Shown piece after piece: positions 62,843 to 64,000 of a DNA stretch of 64,000 nt (positions within the stretch are counted from its first letter, which is position 1; every line of letters begins with the position of its first letter). Location of the stretch: assembly GCA_965205485.1 (NCBI GenBank), contig OZ242180.1, positions 2,208,001 to 2,272,000 of the forward strand. Direction: 5' to 3'. The DNA comes from Candidatus Latescibacterota bacterium. GTDB lineage: Bacteria; Latescibacterota; UBA2968; GCA-2709665. Below the pieces are notes generated by a model. It did not search any database. It had not been told where the DNA came from and saw nothing but the letters and a program-made list of their open reading frames with translations. A program made the position numbers and the translations under genes.

Positions 62843-63941
62843 TCAGCCGTACCCAACGCGTGTGGGTCACGCCGCCGACCGTACACCAGAAATACGTCAT
62901 CAGGTCGCCGTCGTCAAGCCGGATGCCGCCGGGTTTTCCGAAAGCGATCTGCATGTGTTCGGCCAGGAAATTATCCGTCTCGGGCTTACCGAGCGTTGCC
63001 TCGGACCCGGCATCGAACACGACGACCTGGCCCTCCAGATCGAACGTCTCCAGGTCTTCGCTGAGCGCCACGCGTATGCCCTGCGGATCGTGCCGGAAGT
63101 TGTAGATGGCCGCCACCCTTCCGTCGGCCAGCGCGATGGGGGAGCAGACCTGCCCGCGCAGGTTGGTGGGCCGCGGCGCCGACCACGTCTGTCCGCCGTC
63201 GTCGGAGACAGTCCAGTGATTCAGCAGGTCCTCGGATGTACCATAGACGTGGGTCCAGAGCATGGTGTAGATTCTGCCGTCCGGCAACACGGTATTCATC
63301 TGGTCCCACCAGAGCAACTCCCCCGAAGGATCGTCGGCCACCACGGTAAACTCACCCCAGGTCCGTCCCTGGTCCGCGGAAAAGACCGCCGCGGCCTTCT
63401 GGTCGGGCGGCCCCGGATACCCCTCCGGCTTCCAGGTCTCCAGCGGGTACATCCACCGGTCCGGAGCGAGTTGCAAGAGCACGCCGGCGCCATTGCACGT
63501 GTATTTTTCGGGCGGCAGGTCCACGTGTACGACCTGTGGCGTGGACCAGGCGTGTCCCGCGTCATCCGACCGGAAAAGCAGCAACTCCGGGCGTTGCAAT
63601 ACCTCCGAATTCGGATCGAACAGCTTTTCCCCCTGCATTTCGAAACGCGTCGCGGTCATCACCAGCCGGTTGCCAGGCGTCTCGCTGATGTGTGGGCTTC
63701 TGTAGCTCCAACCGTCTTCCGCCGGCCCGGCACCGTGGATGCTGCCCTCGTTCACCCACGTTGCGCGCCCGTCGGAGGAGCGAAGGACTTCGATATGGTT
63801 GTCCGAGGAACCCAGGCTCTCGCCCACGTGCTGGCATGCGATCACGCTGCCATCGGACAACGGGGTGATGGTGGGCATGAACGCCCCTGTTTCGCGTCGC
63901 CACGAAAGGATGCCGCCGTCAACGGTCTGTATCATCGCCAT
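62832..63941 (-). CDS. BNR/Asp-box repeat (sialidase-like) protein
   Basis: Asp-boxes RSSDGRATW, RSDDAGHAW, FSADQGRTW, VSDDGGQTW, LSEDLETF. Confidence 0.85.
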   Translation of the reverse strand: MAMIQTVDGGILSWRRETGAFMPTITPLSDGSVIACQHVGESLGSSDNHIEVLRSSDGRATWVNEGSIHGAGPAEDGWSYRSPHISETPGNRLVMTATRFEMQGEKLFDPNSEVLQRPELLLFRSDDAGHAWSTPQVVHVDLPPEKYTCNGAGVLLQLAPDRWMYPLETWKPEGYPGPPDQKAAAVFSADQGRTWGEFTVVADDPSGELLWWDQMNTVLPDGRIYTMLWTHVYGTSEDLLNHWTVSDDGGQTWSAPRPTNLRGQVCSPIALADGRVAAIYNFRHDPQGIRVALSEDLETFDLEGQVVVFDAGSEATLGKPETDNFLAEHMQIAFGKPGGIRLDDGDLMTYFWCTVGGVTHTRWVRLTVR

Positions 63942-64000
63942 GTCAGTTCCACGGCAAGGTAATCGGTCTGATTCGACATCCTGACGGGCATCACAACCTC
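63932..64000 (-). CDS. Partial CDS (C-terminus of an upstream gene running off the window)
   Basis: Open frame EVVMPVRMSNQTDYLAVELTWR* overlapping the next start; too short to assign. Confidence 0.35.
   Translation of the reverse strand, partial: EVVMPVRMSNQTDYLAVELTWR

Noticed and set aside
61038..63962. 974-aa plus-strand ORF
   Set aside because: Antisense to three well-supported genes (GNAT, Ldh_2, BNR protein); no recognisable domain.

Overview
GC-rich bacterial window (roughly 60% GC by eye) with about 55 protein-coding genes. I saw no rRNA, tRNA, CRISPR array or intact transposase/integrase. The content (multiple PhyH dioxygenases, DUF6785-type membrane proteins, uncharacterised glycosidase-like folds, C45 hydrolases, many toxin-antitoxin genes) resembles Latescibacteria/Poribacteria-like lineages, but this is inference only. 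Main blocks: (i) 2.6-10.2 kb, a metal-homeostasis-like cluster where a His-rich DUF318/SO_0444-type permease is fused to an SPFH domain, followed by HflC- and HflK-like genes, an orphan periplasmic binding protein, a small membrane protein and a ZIP transporter; (ii) 13.8-15.1 kb, a leaderless AAA+/DUF4143 gene bracketed by two directly repeated 13-9-13 imperfect palindromes; (iii) 15.5-22 kb, MpaB/Lcp-like oxygenase, MMPL, LolA-like protein, beta-barrel and a Tat-signal intradiol dioxygenase; (iv) 22-37.3 kb, a minus-strand catabolic cluster with three paralogous DUF6785-type proteins; (v) 37.3-38.8 kb, twin promoters, a collapsed HipA-like kinase relic and a HIRAN gene; (vi) 39-64 kb, hydrolases, toxin-antitoxin modules, a MITE and REP-like palindromes. 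Family assignments come from motifs recognised by eye, not database searches.
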